Below are positions 48,536 to 60,464 of a DNA stretch of 64,000 nt, piece after piece (position 1 is the first letter of the stretch; every line of letters begins with the position of its first letter). A program made the position numbers and the translations under genes. The stretch lies in contig CM052817.1 in the NCBI GenBank assembly GCA_028534125.1, forward strand, positions 56,794,001-56,858,000, read 5' to 3'. The notes beneath the pieces are model-generated. The model did no database searches. It saw only the letters and a program-made list of their open reading frames with translations, and was not told the DNA's origin. This DNA is from Lama glama (lineage: Eukaryota).

Positions 48536-49714
48536 CTGCCAGGATATCACGTTAGCTTTTTTAAATACACTGGGGATTTGTTCGGGGAAGGCAGAGAAAT
48601 GTGCCTTTGAGTTAATAGGAAAAGGAATTCTCTACTTTAGAATATTTTAATTTATATTAAATGCTTTTGAATGTACTTCACTGTTTTGTAGTAGTAATGA
48701 TGTTATGAAATACTTTCTTTCTTAAGGTTCAGTGTCTTATTATGTATTACTCCAACTTTTTCTTCAGAGATCTGAAATATGTGCAGCACAGGTGTTAGTG
48801 CCAATTTTTAGGTGAGAAGCCAAATTTAGCATTTTGACTCAATGTCTCTGGTCTTCCATATAATGGCTAAATGACAGCTTCTTAGGAGAGAAATTCCAAA
48901 AAAAATCCTTCTCAGATTGTATTTCTGAATGCATAAATTTATGTCCAAATACTAATGAAGTGATAATCAATTCTTTAGGCAACCATTTCATCCTTGTCTG
49001 TCTTCTGTTAGTTCAGAAAGGTGATCTGTATCTGATAATTTACATGTACATGCGTGTTTTTCATGTTGAGAGGAATATTTAAGAGGTTTTATTGTTGGTA
49101 GTGATGGTTTGCTCTTCACAGTTCTTCTACCAAAAATCTCATCTGGCATCTCTTGATAAGGGAGATATGCTCTGATTCCTAAATGTAGCCTTACAGAGCT
49201 CTCTTCTAAATGCCTCCCCTACCGCCTTCCCTCCCATCACCGTATGTCTAGTCTGGAGAAAACGTGCTCGTAAGCAAAGCTAAGGCACCTCTGAAAGGCC
49301 TGGGTGGAAACAGCTGTACAATGCTGTGCACATCCCCTTTGTCACAAAGGTGGAAGGTCACGAAGAAAGAGAAGAATGTCACTAAATAGGTGATTATTCA
49401 TTCCCTAAAAAACTATAAGCTGGGCTTTCAGTAATGAATTTGTTCTTGATTTCTTAACAGTACCTTCATGGCAAACACCTAGATTAGTGTTTGGTTAAAT
49501 CACTGGGTACTGTAGCCTGGCCATGTTGACACAGAAAACTGACCATCCTAGTGAGTATTTTGACATCACTAAGGGTCTTTCTAAAAGGTAAAGGCATTTT
49601 GTGAATTTTAGCAATGCATGCTAAAAAAGTGAGTATTTTAGCCATCTACAGAAAACTTTTCGCATGAACATACAGCCTGTAAAGTTACGGGTTTGCTTAG
49701 GTGGGATTTTATAC

Positions 49715-49885
49715 ATAACACTGGACCAAAAATCAGAAAACCTGGATTCCAACCCAAACTCTGCAACTAAACAGGCCATGGGACAATTCCCATCCCCTGC
49801 TCTCGGAACCTCAGTTCCTTCTACTGTAAAATGAGGCAGCTGTACTACATGATCTCTAACTCTCCTGCCAGCTCGAAAAGGCCAT
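49715..49885 (+). mobile_element. MIR3/MIRc SINE
   Basis: ctggaccaaaaatcagaaaacctggattccaacccaaactctgcaactaa..ctctcggaacctcagttccttctactgtaaaatgaggcagctgtactacatgatctctaa. Confidence 0.8.
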
Positions 49886-51339
49886 GGTCCTATTATACAC
49901 ATTGGATCACACATATGTCCACAAGAAGCATTGTCTTGGGGCATGCCAGAAATAATTTACAGGGATAAAGAAGGCGAGTAGGATGAAGAATAGAAGGATG
50001 AAGGGGTGACTTTCTCCCTAGAGGAAAGAGACATTGCTATTTCCTCAGATGAAGGGGCTATCCTGGAGAAAAGCCTCTCTGCATAGACTTGCAGTCTCCT
50101 GGGAGACCACTAAAGAAATTCACAGCTTGCCGGTGTTGCGGCCAGACGGCAAAGAACGAAGAGCCAACACCAAGGAAGGAAATGCAAGGAAGGATTAGTT
50201 CAGCATTTGTTTCCTTGTTACTTACAGGAATAAATGCACAAAGTCCTTCTTGTTCTAGCATCACACAAACCCACAGTTTTCTAAGATCAGTTGTTTCAAG
50301 TCTAGCAAAATCCTGTTTGTACAGAGTGGGCCAAGACTAGGTTCATTCCAAAAAAGTGGATTTTGTGAGGAAAAAAGGGGGGGGGGGTGACTGACAAGGT
50401 ATTCTCATGCTCTGAGCGTCAGGACTAATCTTGAGGCTCCTTCCATTTCGACAGCAGCCTGAATCCTGACTTCTGAGAGAGCCAAGGGAGCACCTGTCAG
50501 CACGAAAGGAACTGAAGAGTAGGCAGGAGAGAGGTTTCCCAGAATCTCTGCTTTCTTGTTGCCTGTGAAATGTGTCACTTCTCTCATTTTGAAGAATCTG
50601 GGGATATGGCATTAAATTGGTAAGAACTGTGATATACTAGAAAGTGATACAGTGCAAAATGAATGCTATTTCTTAAAGTCTGTTTAACCTTTGGATACTA
50701 GTGAAGTGCTGAGAGGTGCTGCCACCACAGCATGCCTGTCAGGCAGCTGGAAAATCACTGTGCTCTACTACTACTTTCTCAGAGAAAGAAACACATAGTG
50801 CCTTAATTAACATAATATTCTTCACAAATATAATTTTGCCAAATGTCGTGTAAAAGCTATTTGTACCTAGATAAATACATACTCTTAATTCTGCACTGAC
50901 TAAAATCCTTAGAGACTGAGAACAAATTGATTGATCAATTGATTGAATAAAATTAACTAGAAAAAATATTCTTATTATCCTTAATAATCTTTCTAAAATT
51001 TTCTGTTCAACATCCTGCTTTTGTAAATTGACTATATTGGATGAATTTCATCATTCTTCGATAACTGAAATCTTGAAATGTTTTAGATTTTTCACTAGGA
51101 AGATTTTTTTTTCATTATGCCACAAGGATGGAAAAACAAACCAAATTTGGACTTATTTGTGGATTATAGACTGTTTTTAGTATTTTTAAATCACTGCTAA
51201 GTGCTGATTGATTATGTTAGTCCACCTAAAAATCTACTATTTTTCTCTCACTCACTAAAGAAAAAAGGCTTCTAGTTAATTGCAGTGTCAAATACTGGTT
51301 TCTAGATCATCAAATTTTATTCCACTTGTATCCTAGCAA

Positions 51340-52225
51340 TACCTCGATCTTTTAGCCCTCTTCTCTTCTCTTATTCTAATTGTGTTATCTTGCTTATTTC
51401 CAAATCTCAACTATCAAAAATGTACCAGTGATGTCCAAATCCATTTTTCCAGGCCAGATCTACTTCTGAGTTTTATACCCACACTTTTGGCTGTCTCGAT
51501 AGCCATCCCCGCCTTGATGGCCAACCCCACCTTGATATCCCACAAGCTTCTCTTACAATACATACAAAGCTAAGCTAGACATATTCCCTCCTAAAACTCT
51601 CCACCTCTATTCTCTACATTTAATTGTCATACACACCAGAAACTTAGGAGTTACCCTAGATTCTGCTTCTCTCCACCTCTTTCTATATTTAATTAGTCAT
51701 TTAATTGGTTATTTGGTTATATTTAACCAGATTTATTTTCCTCTTCAATAACAAAATCAAACCCTTCTTCTTCACCTACTCTGGTACACTACTAATTCAG
51801 TACTTATCTCTCACTTGAACTTGCTCCCTTACAATCCATTTTCCACAGTATGAATAGAGTGTTATTTACAAAATGAAATAAAATAAAGCATCCTACTGCT
51901 TAAAATCTCTTCATGATATACAGGGTAAAATTCAAAACTCATTGACGTTGCACATAAGGTTTATCATAATCTGGCTTCTATCCAGATCTTCAGCCTCTTC
52001 CCCTTCCAGCTCTCAATAAGCTGTGCTCTCTCATATCTCTTCCATACAATAGTGTGCAGTAGAATTGTCTCCTTGAGAAATTATTGCTTATCATTCAAAG
52101 TTCAGGTCAACTAACCTCCCCTAAGAGGCCTTCCCTCACCCTCTAGCTAGCCTGTCACTCCCTCTTGGTGCTGCCTCTATACTTGGTATGCATTACTATT
52201 ATGACATATTCCAACTATGTCATTA
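51340..52225 (+). mobile_element. L2 fragment (ORF end / 3' region)
   Basis: gatgtccaaatccatttttccaggccagatct; ccagaaacttaggagttaccctagattct; cctactgcttaaaatctcttcatg; caaagttcaggtcaactaacctcccctaagaggccttccct. Confidence 0.75.
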
Positions 52226-52229
52226 CTTA

Positions 52230-54320
52230 TCATGCATGTGATCCTCACCGCTTCAATCTACTCAAAAGTACATTGCTCCAACAATTTTCCTTCTCTAGTT
52301 CATCATGCTTTTCCCTCCTTAGTGAATTATATTAAGCATTCATTTTGTAAAATGTCTCTGCTTAAAAAATGATTCATTACCCCATACACTCCTGTAACTA
52401 TTGCCCTATTTTTTCTATCCTCCTTTGCAGCAAAACTTCTTAAATTATGCACACTCATTATTTTTATTTTTTTCTCCCCCCATTCATTATAACCATTTTC
52501 CAAATTCACCTGTGACCTTTGCATTACTAAGCCAAAAGTCAATTCTCAGCCCTTATTTTATTGGTTTTATCAGCAGCATTTGACATAGTTGATATCCTTC
52601 TCTTTTTTCAAACTCTCTCTTCACTTGGCTTCTGAGAAAACATCAGCTTTCCCTACCACACTGGCTTCTATTTCTAAGCCCCTGTGATGATTAATTTTAT
52701 TTGTCAACTTGACTGGACTAAGGGATGTTCAGATATTTGGTTAAACATTATTTCTGGGTATGTCTGTGAGGGTGTTTCTGAAAGATAGTAGCATTTGAAT
52801 TGGTGGGTTGAGTAAAACAGATGGCCCTCCCCAATGTGGATGGGCATCATCTAATCTGTTGAGAACCTGAATAGAACAAGAAGGAGAAGGAAGACTGAAT
52901 TCATTCTCTTCCTGACTGCTCAGGTGGAACCTGTACCTTTTTCTTCCTGCTGTACCCATGGTTCTCCAGACTTCAGACCTGAACTGCAATCTACACCATC
53001 AGCTGCCTGCCTCTCAGGACTCTGAATTACACTACCGGCTTTCCTCAGTCCTTCCTGCTTGCAGACAGCAGATCGTGGGACTTATCCTCCACAATTACAT
53101 TAGCACATAAATATTGTATCTTCTTGACTTTATTCTCTGGAGAACCCTAATATACCCTCCTTTGCTGATCTTCTCTTACCTTCCCGACCTCTGAATGTAG
53201 GAGTGTACCAGGACTCTCTGATGGTCCCCTTCTCTTCTCTATCTATGCCTGTTCGCTTGGCAGCTTCATCTACCCTCGTGCTTTAAGTACTATCTTTGCA
53301 CTGACAACTCCTAAACTTACATTTCCTCAGCCAAGATATCTTCCCTGGACTTCAGATTCATATCCACCTGGTTACTTGATATGTCCATTCAACTATCTCA
53401 TGAGTATCTCAAATTTAAATTTTCAAAACTGAGCTTCTTACATTCCTATCCTGCCATCTTCCAAATCTCAGTTGATGGTAGCACTGTTCTTTATATTGCT
53501 CAATTTTTAAAGCCATACTAACACCCTAATTCTTTTTCTCACACTTTATAGGCAATTTCTCAGCAAATCCTGCAAGTGATACCTTCAAGATATACTCCAA
53601 ATCTGACCACTTCCTGCCACCTTCACTCCGATGCCCCCTCCAAGTTACACTTGAATTATTGCAAAAGCCTTCTAACCTTTCACTCTACTTCTATCTCTGG
53701 TTACTATGGTTTATTATCAAAATAGCCAAACTGGTTCTATTCAGACATAAATCAGAATGTGTCAATACTATCTTTCAATGGCTTCCCAACTCTCTTACAT
53801 TAAACAGCAGAATCACAGTAAAGCCTAAAAAGGCCTAAACAGTCTGGCCCCCCATTATCTCTTGGATCTTATTTCCTATCATTGTCTTCTGTTTTAGTCA
53901 CATCAGCCTCTCTCTTGCTCCATGAAAAAGTCAAGATAATCAGTGCTTCTTTGCATTTGCTCTTCTCTGTGCATATAACACACTTCTCTTAGACATTAGC
54001 TTGACTCACTCTTTCACCTCCTGGAAGTCTTAGTCAAATGCCACTTTCACTGAGACTTTTCCTAAACACCTTATTGATAACTGCAGCCCAATTCCCCCCA
54101 CCTACCACCACAGTATTCCCTCATCCTTTTTTGTTTCATTTTCCTATGAAGAAAAACATCCTCTGAATTTCTACACCTTTTATTTATTTGTTTATTGTAT
54201 CTTCCTCTGTTAGAGTATAAGATCTATGACTTCAGAGCTTTTTGTTGGTTTTATTTACTATTTCAGTGCCTAGAACCATATAGGCATGGTTCAAAATATT
54301 TATTAAATCAATGATGAGTA
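52230..54320 (+). mobile_element. Long L2 (L2a-like) fragment running to its 3' end, interrupted by MLT2
   Basis: tcagcagcatttgacatagttgatatccttctc..cttcacttggcttctgaga (RT region); ccccttctcttctctatctat; tttgcactgacaactcctaaac; 3' tail cagtgcctagaacc..aaatatttattaaatcaatga. Confidence 0.85.
52683..53154 (+). mobile_element. ERVL solo LTR, MLT2 family
   Basis: TGTGATGATTAATTTTATTTGTCAACTTGACTGGACTAAGGGATG...gccctccccaatgtggatgggcatcatc...CTCTGGAGAACCCTAATATA. The L2 resumes on both sides. Confidence 0.9.
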
Positions 54321-54945
54321 TATTAAGCTATACATCTTGTCACCTAACTAAAGATATGATGCAGAGAAAACTCAATAAAAGTAAAATCAGTTTAATGAAA
54401 GCTACACAGTGAGTATGCTCTGCAAGGAAGGAGATGAATATAATGGATACAAGGAATAATTTAACATGAAACAGCAACTATCAAACAAGAACCAAAAATA
54501 TCACTGATTTTCTGTAAATACGGTGTACAACTCCAATAAAGTAGAGGTATGTGGGAGAAACTGCAAAAAGAAAAAATGTGTGGGATGGAAGGGAGAGTAC
54601 GATTTTAGTGCTCTGCAGGCTGAGTTGGAAAGCCTTACTTATATAATAATTGGATGCAGAGTGGTTTAGAGGGATGCATAATCCCTGAAGTAATGTGCAA
54701 AGTGATAAAAGAGATGGAGAAAAGAGGACATGAGGGAAAAGAAGAGGAAAAACTAAGAAAGCCAGTGATTAGAACAGCATGACTGAGACGTGGAATTAGT
54801 GTCTTAATTGGGTAGGGAAGTATCACCAACTCCCTGTGAAAGATAGGTCAAAATTAAAATCACACTAGTATAATGTTTCTAAATAGCTGTTGTATTTATT
54901 TTAATGGCTTAAGAAGACTTCAGATATGAAGTTGACCACAGTGTG

Positions 54946-55330
54946 TGTATTAATCAAGAAAGCCTTACTGCTGTAACAAACTACCCCCAAATTTGAAAAG
55001 TCTAATCTAATGAAGTTTTTTTTTCCCACTATATTTTCATCACAGTCTAGTGAGGGTCACTAGGGGCTCTAATTCATACAGTCATTTAAGGATTCAGGCT
55101 TCTTCACCTAGTGAAGAATTTCTCGGTCCTTGGCATTCCCAGCTAGATCCTCTGTATCTAGCCAAGAGATGAAGAGAGAGTATACAGAGTAGTTCATGAG
55201 CCAGTCCTGGAGGAGAGTACATATGCCTACAACCCACTGGTCAGAATTCCATCACACAGCCACACAAAACTAAAAGACAGGCTGTGGAATACAGTGTAGT
55301 TAAATGCCCAGAAAGACCCCACTAGCCACC
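54946..55330 (-). mobile_element. MLT1 (J/K-like) LTR
   Basis: tgtattaatcaag..gctgtaacaaactacccccaaattt..cagtcatttaaggattcaggc..ccactggtcagaattccatcacacagccac. Confidence 0.7.
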
Positions 55331-55776
55331 TGTCAAAAACTGTGAAGGATCTGAGACTGAAATTTTAACCAACTTGAACACTAATAAGTTAGCCTGACAT
55401 GCTTTCACAGATGCTGGTAAAGGACATGAGACTCCTGAGTAAGAGACACAGAATAACTTATTATGTATAGAAATAGAAGTAGCCAGAGTATTGGCAATTA
55501 GGGGGGTCAGTCCACAGGGTAATGGGAAAAGGTTCAGGTGATGCCTGCAACAGATTGTATTACAGGAGAGAAAGCATAAGCTTACAGAACCCAAATTTTT
55601 TATAATGGGTAGGAATCATACTTGACCTTTGCTGTAGAGAGAAATGCTAGCCCATCTTCCATTGTTGAATGTTATACAAACATCTTTGAAAAGATGGTGC
55701 AGAACAGACAGTGGTCAGTGCCTCACATGCAAGGTATACAGAAACACAAAAGACTCATGGATAATTGTCCCAAACA
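55331..55776 (-). mobile_element. ERVL LTR, LTR40-like
   Basis: The plus strand starts tgtcaaaaactgtgaaggatctgaga..taataagttagcctg..gatgctggtaaaggacatgagactcctgagtaagagaca. The minus strand starts tgtttgggacaattatccatgagtc, like LTR40. Confidence 0.75.
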
Positions 55777-56409
55777 ACTACATGTAATAAAACAGTTCTC
55801 AATTACTCAATTACTTAAGGTAACTGAGCAAGTTATGTCTAATGAGCTATTAACATCTTGACATGTCTGAAAATGTGTCCTAAAACTCTTAATATTATAT
55901 TGTTACCCAGATTAATCCAGATTCAGAGGAACCACGCTCCACCTATCTTCATGAAAGTGAAGGAAAGCAACAGTAGTTGCAAAATTCACAAGTATATGCT
56001 TTGTGGTAAACAGATTATCAAAGAAGAAAAATCTGATTTTATGTAACTAATAATTATGCTTTCCATATTATTATTCTGTATTGTATGGCTGAACAGAATT
56101 ATTTGTAAATTTACTTTGTACTGAAAATTTTATATTATTGCCCCAGTACTTAAAATGATAAAGCAAACAAATCCTTGAATCAAGATTAGGCATAAAATGT
56201 ACCATTTAGGAAAAGCACATTATCATGTGATGAGATGCTGAAGTGACCAAAGGAGATAGCATATATTTGGATATGCCTAAACATACATGCTAATTTTTTT
56301 TTAAATGAAATCTCTTGGGGCACTTTGGTCTACCAGGAAAAGTACTGATCTTAGGTTTAAAAAAATTATTTAAGCTTATTCCAAAACTACCTACTAGTTT
56401 ATATTCAAA

Positions 56410-56970
56410 TTTGTTTCATTCAGCCAACATTTATTGAGCAGAAAACATGCAACAGATACTAGGCTAAACATGGGAGCTGAAACAGTAAGCCACCATTATA
56501 GACTTCAGGGATTCCAGTTTGGGAGACATACTTATAATTACAATGCACTATAATAATAATATGGGCAGAGTGATATAGCAAATGCTATAATAATGGTAGA
56601 GACAGCTGTTAAACATAATGGAAAGAAAAGCAAACTCTTTACTCTTTGTGTGAGGATCTCATCACTAATTCGTGGGAGTCTTCACAGGAGTGACACTGCA
56701 ACTTAGTCATTAAAGATAAACTGGAGATTCTCAAAAGGACAGTGTGGAAAATAAATTACAAAAAGATTGATATGAAGAACAGATGGCATGAAAGATGTGC
56801 TGTGAAAGGACAGAAGTCAGTTCCTGATGACAGAAACTTTTAAGGGTTGGGGAAAACATCCTGTGAGATGGGACTGTGATTGGGACTAGATTTTGATGAG
56901 CCTTGATTGCAAAAGAAAGAGGTTTGGATTTATACTGATAGCAGTTAAGGAAGCAGGTGATATTTTATTA
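56410..56970 (-). mobile_element. L2 3' fragment
   Basis: ttcattcagccaacatttattgagcag..ctaggctaaacatggga..gagccttgattgcaaaagaaagaggtttggatttatact. Confidence 0.75.
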
Positions 56971-57069
56971 CTGGTCCTACTGAATGCAAGCCTAAGGCTC
57001 AAACTATGTTCATCAGTTTGAAGTTCAGTTTGTCATTGCCATTTGCACCACAACTTCTAAACTTTTGCT

Positions 57070-59200
57070 TATTTATATTTCAACAAATACTTACTGAATG
57101 CCAGATGCTGTGCTAGGTGCTAGGGGACCCACCTGTTACCCCTATGGACCCACCTTAGTTACCCCTATGGAGTAACTAAGGTATGATTTCTACCTTTACA
57201 ACCTAATAGAGGGAACATATTTCAACATAATAAAGGCCATGTATGATGAGCCCACAGCTAATATCAGTGGTTAAAAGCTGAAAGTATTTCCTATAAGATC
57301 AGGAACAAAACAAGGATGCCCACTCTCACCACCTTTATTCAACATAGCATTGGAATTCCTAATCACAGAAATCAGAAAAGAAAAAGAAATAAAAGAAATC
57401 CAAGTTGGAAAGAAACAAGTAAAACTCTCACTGTTTGCAAATGACATGATACTATACATAGAGAATCCTAAAGATGCTGCCAAAAAACTCCTAAAGCTCA
57501 TCAATAAATGTGGTAAAGTTGAAACACTGGAGATACCACGTTCCCTCACTTCAGACTATACTACAAAGCTACAGTAATCAAAACAGTATGGAAGTGGCAC
57601 CAAAAAAAGAAAACACATAGATCAATGGAGTTCTATGAATAGAGGACTCAGAAATACACTCACACACTTATGGTTCATTAATCTATGACAAAGGAGACAA
57701 GAATATACAATGGAGAAAAGACAGTTTCTTCAATAAGTGGTGCTAGTAAAACTGGACTGCTACATTTAAAAGAAAGAAATTAGAACATTTTCTCACATCA
57801 TATACAAAAATAAACTCAAAATGGATTAAAGAACTAAGTGCAAGAACAGAAACCATAAAATTTCTAGAAGAAAATATAGACAGAACACTCATTGACATAA
57901 ATCATAGCAAGATTTTTTGGATCTGCCTCCAAAGGCAAGGGAAACAAAAGCAAACATAAGCAAATGGGACCTAATAAAACATAAAAGCTTTTGCACAGCA
58001 AAGAAAACTATCAACAAAATGAAAAGACAACCTACTGAATGGAAGAAAATATTTGCAAATGATATGACCAATAAGGGGTTAATATCCAAAACATATAAAC
58101 AGCTTATACAACTCAACATCAAAAAAATGTTGACTCAATTAAAGAATGGGCAGAAGAACTGAATAAACATTTTTCCAAAGAAGACATACATATGGCCAAC
58201 AGGTAAATGAAAAGATGTTCAACATCATTAATCATCAGAGAAATACAAATCAAAACTATAATGAGATATCACCTCACACCTGTCAGAATGGTTATCATCA
58301 AAAAGACCACAAGTAACAAATGTTGGTGATGATGTGGAGAAAAGGGAACCCTCGTATATTTTTGGTGAGAGTGTAAGGTTGGTACAGCCACCGTGGAAAA
58401 ACGTATGGTTGTTCCTCAAAAAACTAAAAATAGAACTACCATGTGATCCAGCAATTCCACTCCTGGGTATACATCCAAAGAAAACAAAAACATTAATTCA
58501 AAAAGATACATGCACCCCATTGTTTATATAACAGCATTATTTACAACAGCCAAGATATGGAAACAACTTAAGCATCCATCAACAGATAAATGGATAAAGA
58601 AAATATGGTATAGATGTAAATGGAATATTACTGAAGCATAAAAAATAATGGAATTTTGCCATTTACAACAACATAGATTTGGAAGATATTATGTCTAGTG
58701 AAATTAACATAATACTCACAAACTAGTAGTGACCACTGGAAAGAGAGGAGGAAGGAGAAACAAGACAGGGGAAGAAAATTAAGAGGTACAAACTGTTAAG
58801 TATAAAAGAAAAAAGGTACAAGGATATACTGTATAGCACAGGGAATAATCCAATATTTTGTAATAACTATAAATGGAGTATAACCTTTAAAATTTTTGAA
58901 TCACTAGGTTGTAAACTGAAACATATAATATTGTAAATCCACTATACTTCATTAAAAAAGTTCACAACCTACTTTCTATAATAAATCCAAAAATACATTT
59001 AAAAATAAAGGAAGGAAGTAATGAGTGAATAACATGTGCTGTGAGACAAGTTATCACAAGAGTGCATAATGGGGGACCAGGGAAAAGACTCAACAAAATG
59101 TTGAGTCCCAGAGACTGAAAAGTGAGGGCCATATAGAGAGGGAAAAAGCATGTTCAAAACAATGCAATGGAATCTCCCTGGGTGAGGAGACAAAGAGTCT
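57070..59200 (-). mobile_element. L2 tail fragment split by an L1 (L2 parts ~57070-57205 and ~58972-59200)
   Basis: ttcaacaaatacttactgaatgccagatgctgtgctaggtgctagggga ... resumes after the L1 with purine-rich L2-like sequence (cagggaaagactc..gggaaaaagcatgttcaaa). Confidence 0.6.
57206..58960 (+). mobile_element. 5'-truncated cetartiodactyl-type L1 (RT C-terminal part to poly(A)), with an internal deletion at ~57520
   Basis: ORF track pieces [50 protein letters not shown] and [16 protein letters not shown] are L1 ORF2. 3' UTR ends tatacttcattaaaaaa. TSD TT(T/C)ACAACCTA at 57195-57205 and 58961-58971. Confidence 0.92.
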
Positions 59201-59249
59201 TCAAGGGAGCAACAGAGACAGATGAGTAAACTCGGAACTGGCTTGGCCA

Positions 59250-59735
59250 AATGTCCTGGCCCCTGCCTTTTGCTTGGATCTTGGCTTCATCCCCTTCTAC
59301 CTTCTCCCTTGCTCACAATGCTCCATCCAGACCAACTTTCTTCTGTTTCTCAAGTGCAGTTCTCATTCCTGCCTTAGGACCTTTGTCCTTACTGTTTCTT
59401 ATATCTACCATGCTCTTCCCTTGAGCTTTACATGCATGGCTTATTCATGTGGATGGAAATGCCATCTCATCAGAGAGCCTCTCCTGTCCAATCTAATACA
59501 ACCTATTTAACTACAACACATCTACCTCATATTACCCCATTCTATTTTCTTTATATAGCATTTAGCAGTACCTGATAATTACAGTTATTTACTTCTATGT
59601 ATATTTAGCATCTATACTCCCCTTATAGAAAGATTATGAGAACATGAAACTTAACTCCTCTTTGTTCACAAATCTTTTCCCAGCACACAGAATAGTACAT
59701 AATAGATGCCTAATAAATATTGAATGAATAAACCA
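59250..59735 (+). mobile_element. L2 3' end
   Basis: ctcattcctgccttaggacctttgtccttactgtt..gccatctcatcagagagcctctcctg..cccagcacacagaatagtacataatagatgcctaataaatattgaatgaataaa. Confidence 0.85.
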
Positions 59736-59823
59736 GAAAGTGAATTAAAGGCATGTCATGATCATATTTATAATTTGTAAAGGTATCCAAGTTGCAGTGA
59801 AGGGAGGGGTATATTAAGAAAAT

Positions 59824-59964
59824 CATATGATCCAGCAATCCCACTCCTGAGCATATATCCAGAGAAAACTATAATTCAAAAACACACATGCACCCCAATG
59901 TTCATAGCAGCAGTATTTACAATAGCAAAGACATGGAAACAACTTGAATGTCCAAAGATGTGAG

Positions 59965-60005
<41 letters not shown>

Positions 60006-60464
60006 GGAATATTATTCAGCCACCAAAAAAGAATGAAATGCCATTGCAGCAACATGGATGGACTGAGAGATTATCATATTAAGTGAAGTCAGACAGAGAA
60101 AGACAAATATCATATGATATCACTTATATGTGTCATCTTAAAAAAAAAGATTATATTTCTATTTACAAACCAAAAAACAGACTCAGGAACATAGAAAACA
60201 AACTGTGGTTACCAAAGGGGAAAGGGCAGGGAGGGATAAATTAAGGGTTGGAGATAGACACATGTTACTGTATATAAAATAGATAAACAACAAGGACCTA
60301 CTGTATAGCACAAGGCACTATATGCAACTTCTTGTACTACTATACAATGGAAAAGAATCTGAAAAGAAAAAATATATACATATGTATGTATAACTGAATC
60401 ACTTTGCTGTATACCTGAAAGTAACATTATAAATCAGCTACACTTCAATAAAAATGTTTTAAAA
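59824..60464 (+). mobile_element. 5'-truncated cetartiodactyl-type L1 3' end
   Basis: catatgatccagcaatcccactcctgagcatatatccagagaaaac...caacaaggacctactgtatagcac..gtataactgaatcactttgctgtatacctgaaa..cttcaataaaaa. TSD AAGAAAAT at 59816-59823 and 60465-60472, preceded by TT. Confidence 0.92.
59967..60003 (+). repeat. Perfect (AC)18 microsatellite inside L1
   Basis: Direct count. Confidence 0.95.

Noticed and set aside
50089..50340. 83-aa ORF containing CRCC as a metal-binding microprotein
   Set aside because: TTG start, a single Cys cluster and no recognisable family. Coding status cannot be supported without conservation data.
57271..58531. ORFs with RT-like or L1 C-terminal motifs as an active retroelement
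   Set aside because: They are fragments of a 5'-truncated, internally deleted, frameshifted L1 ORF2, and the catalytic FADD is mutated to FAND.
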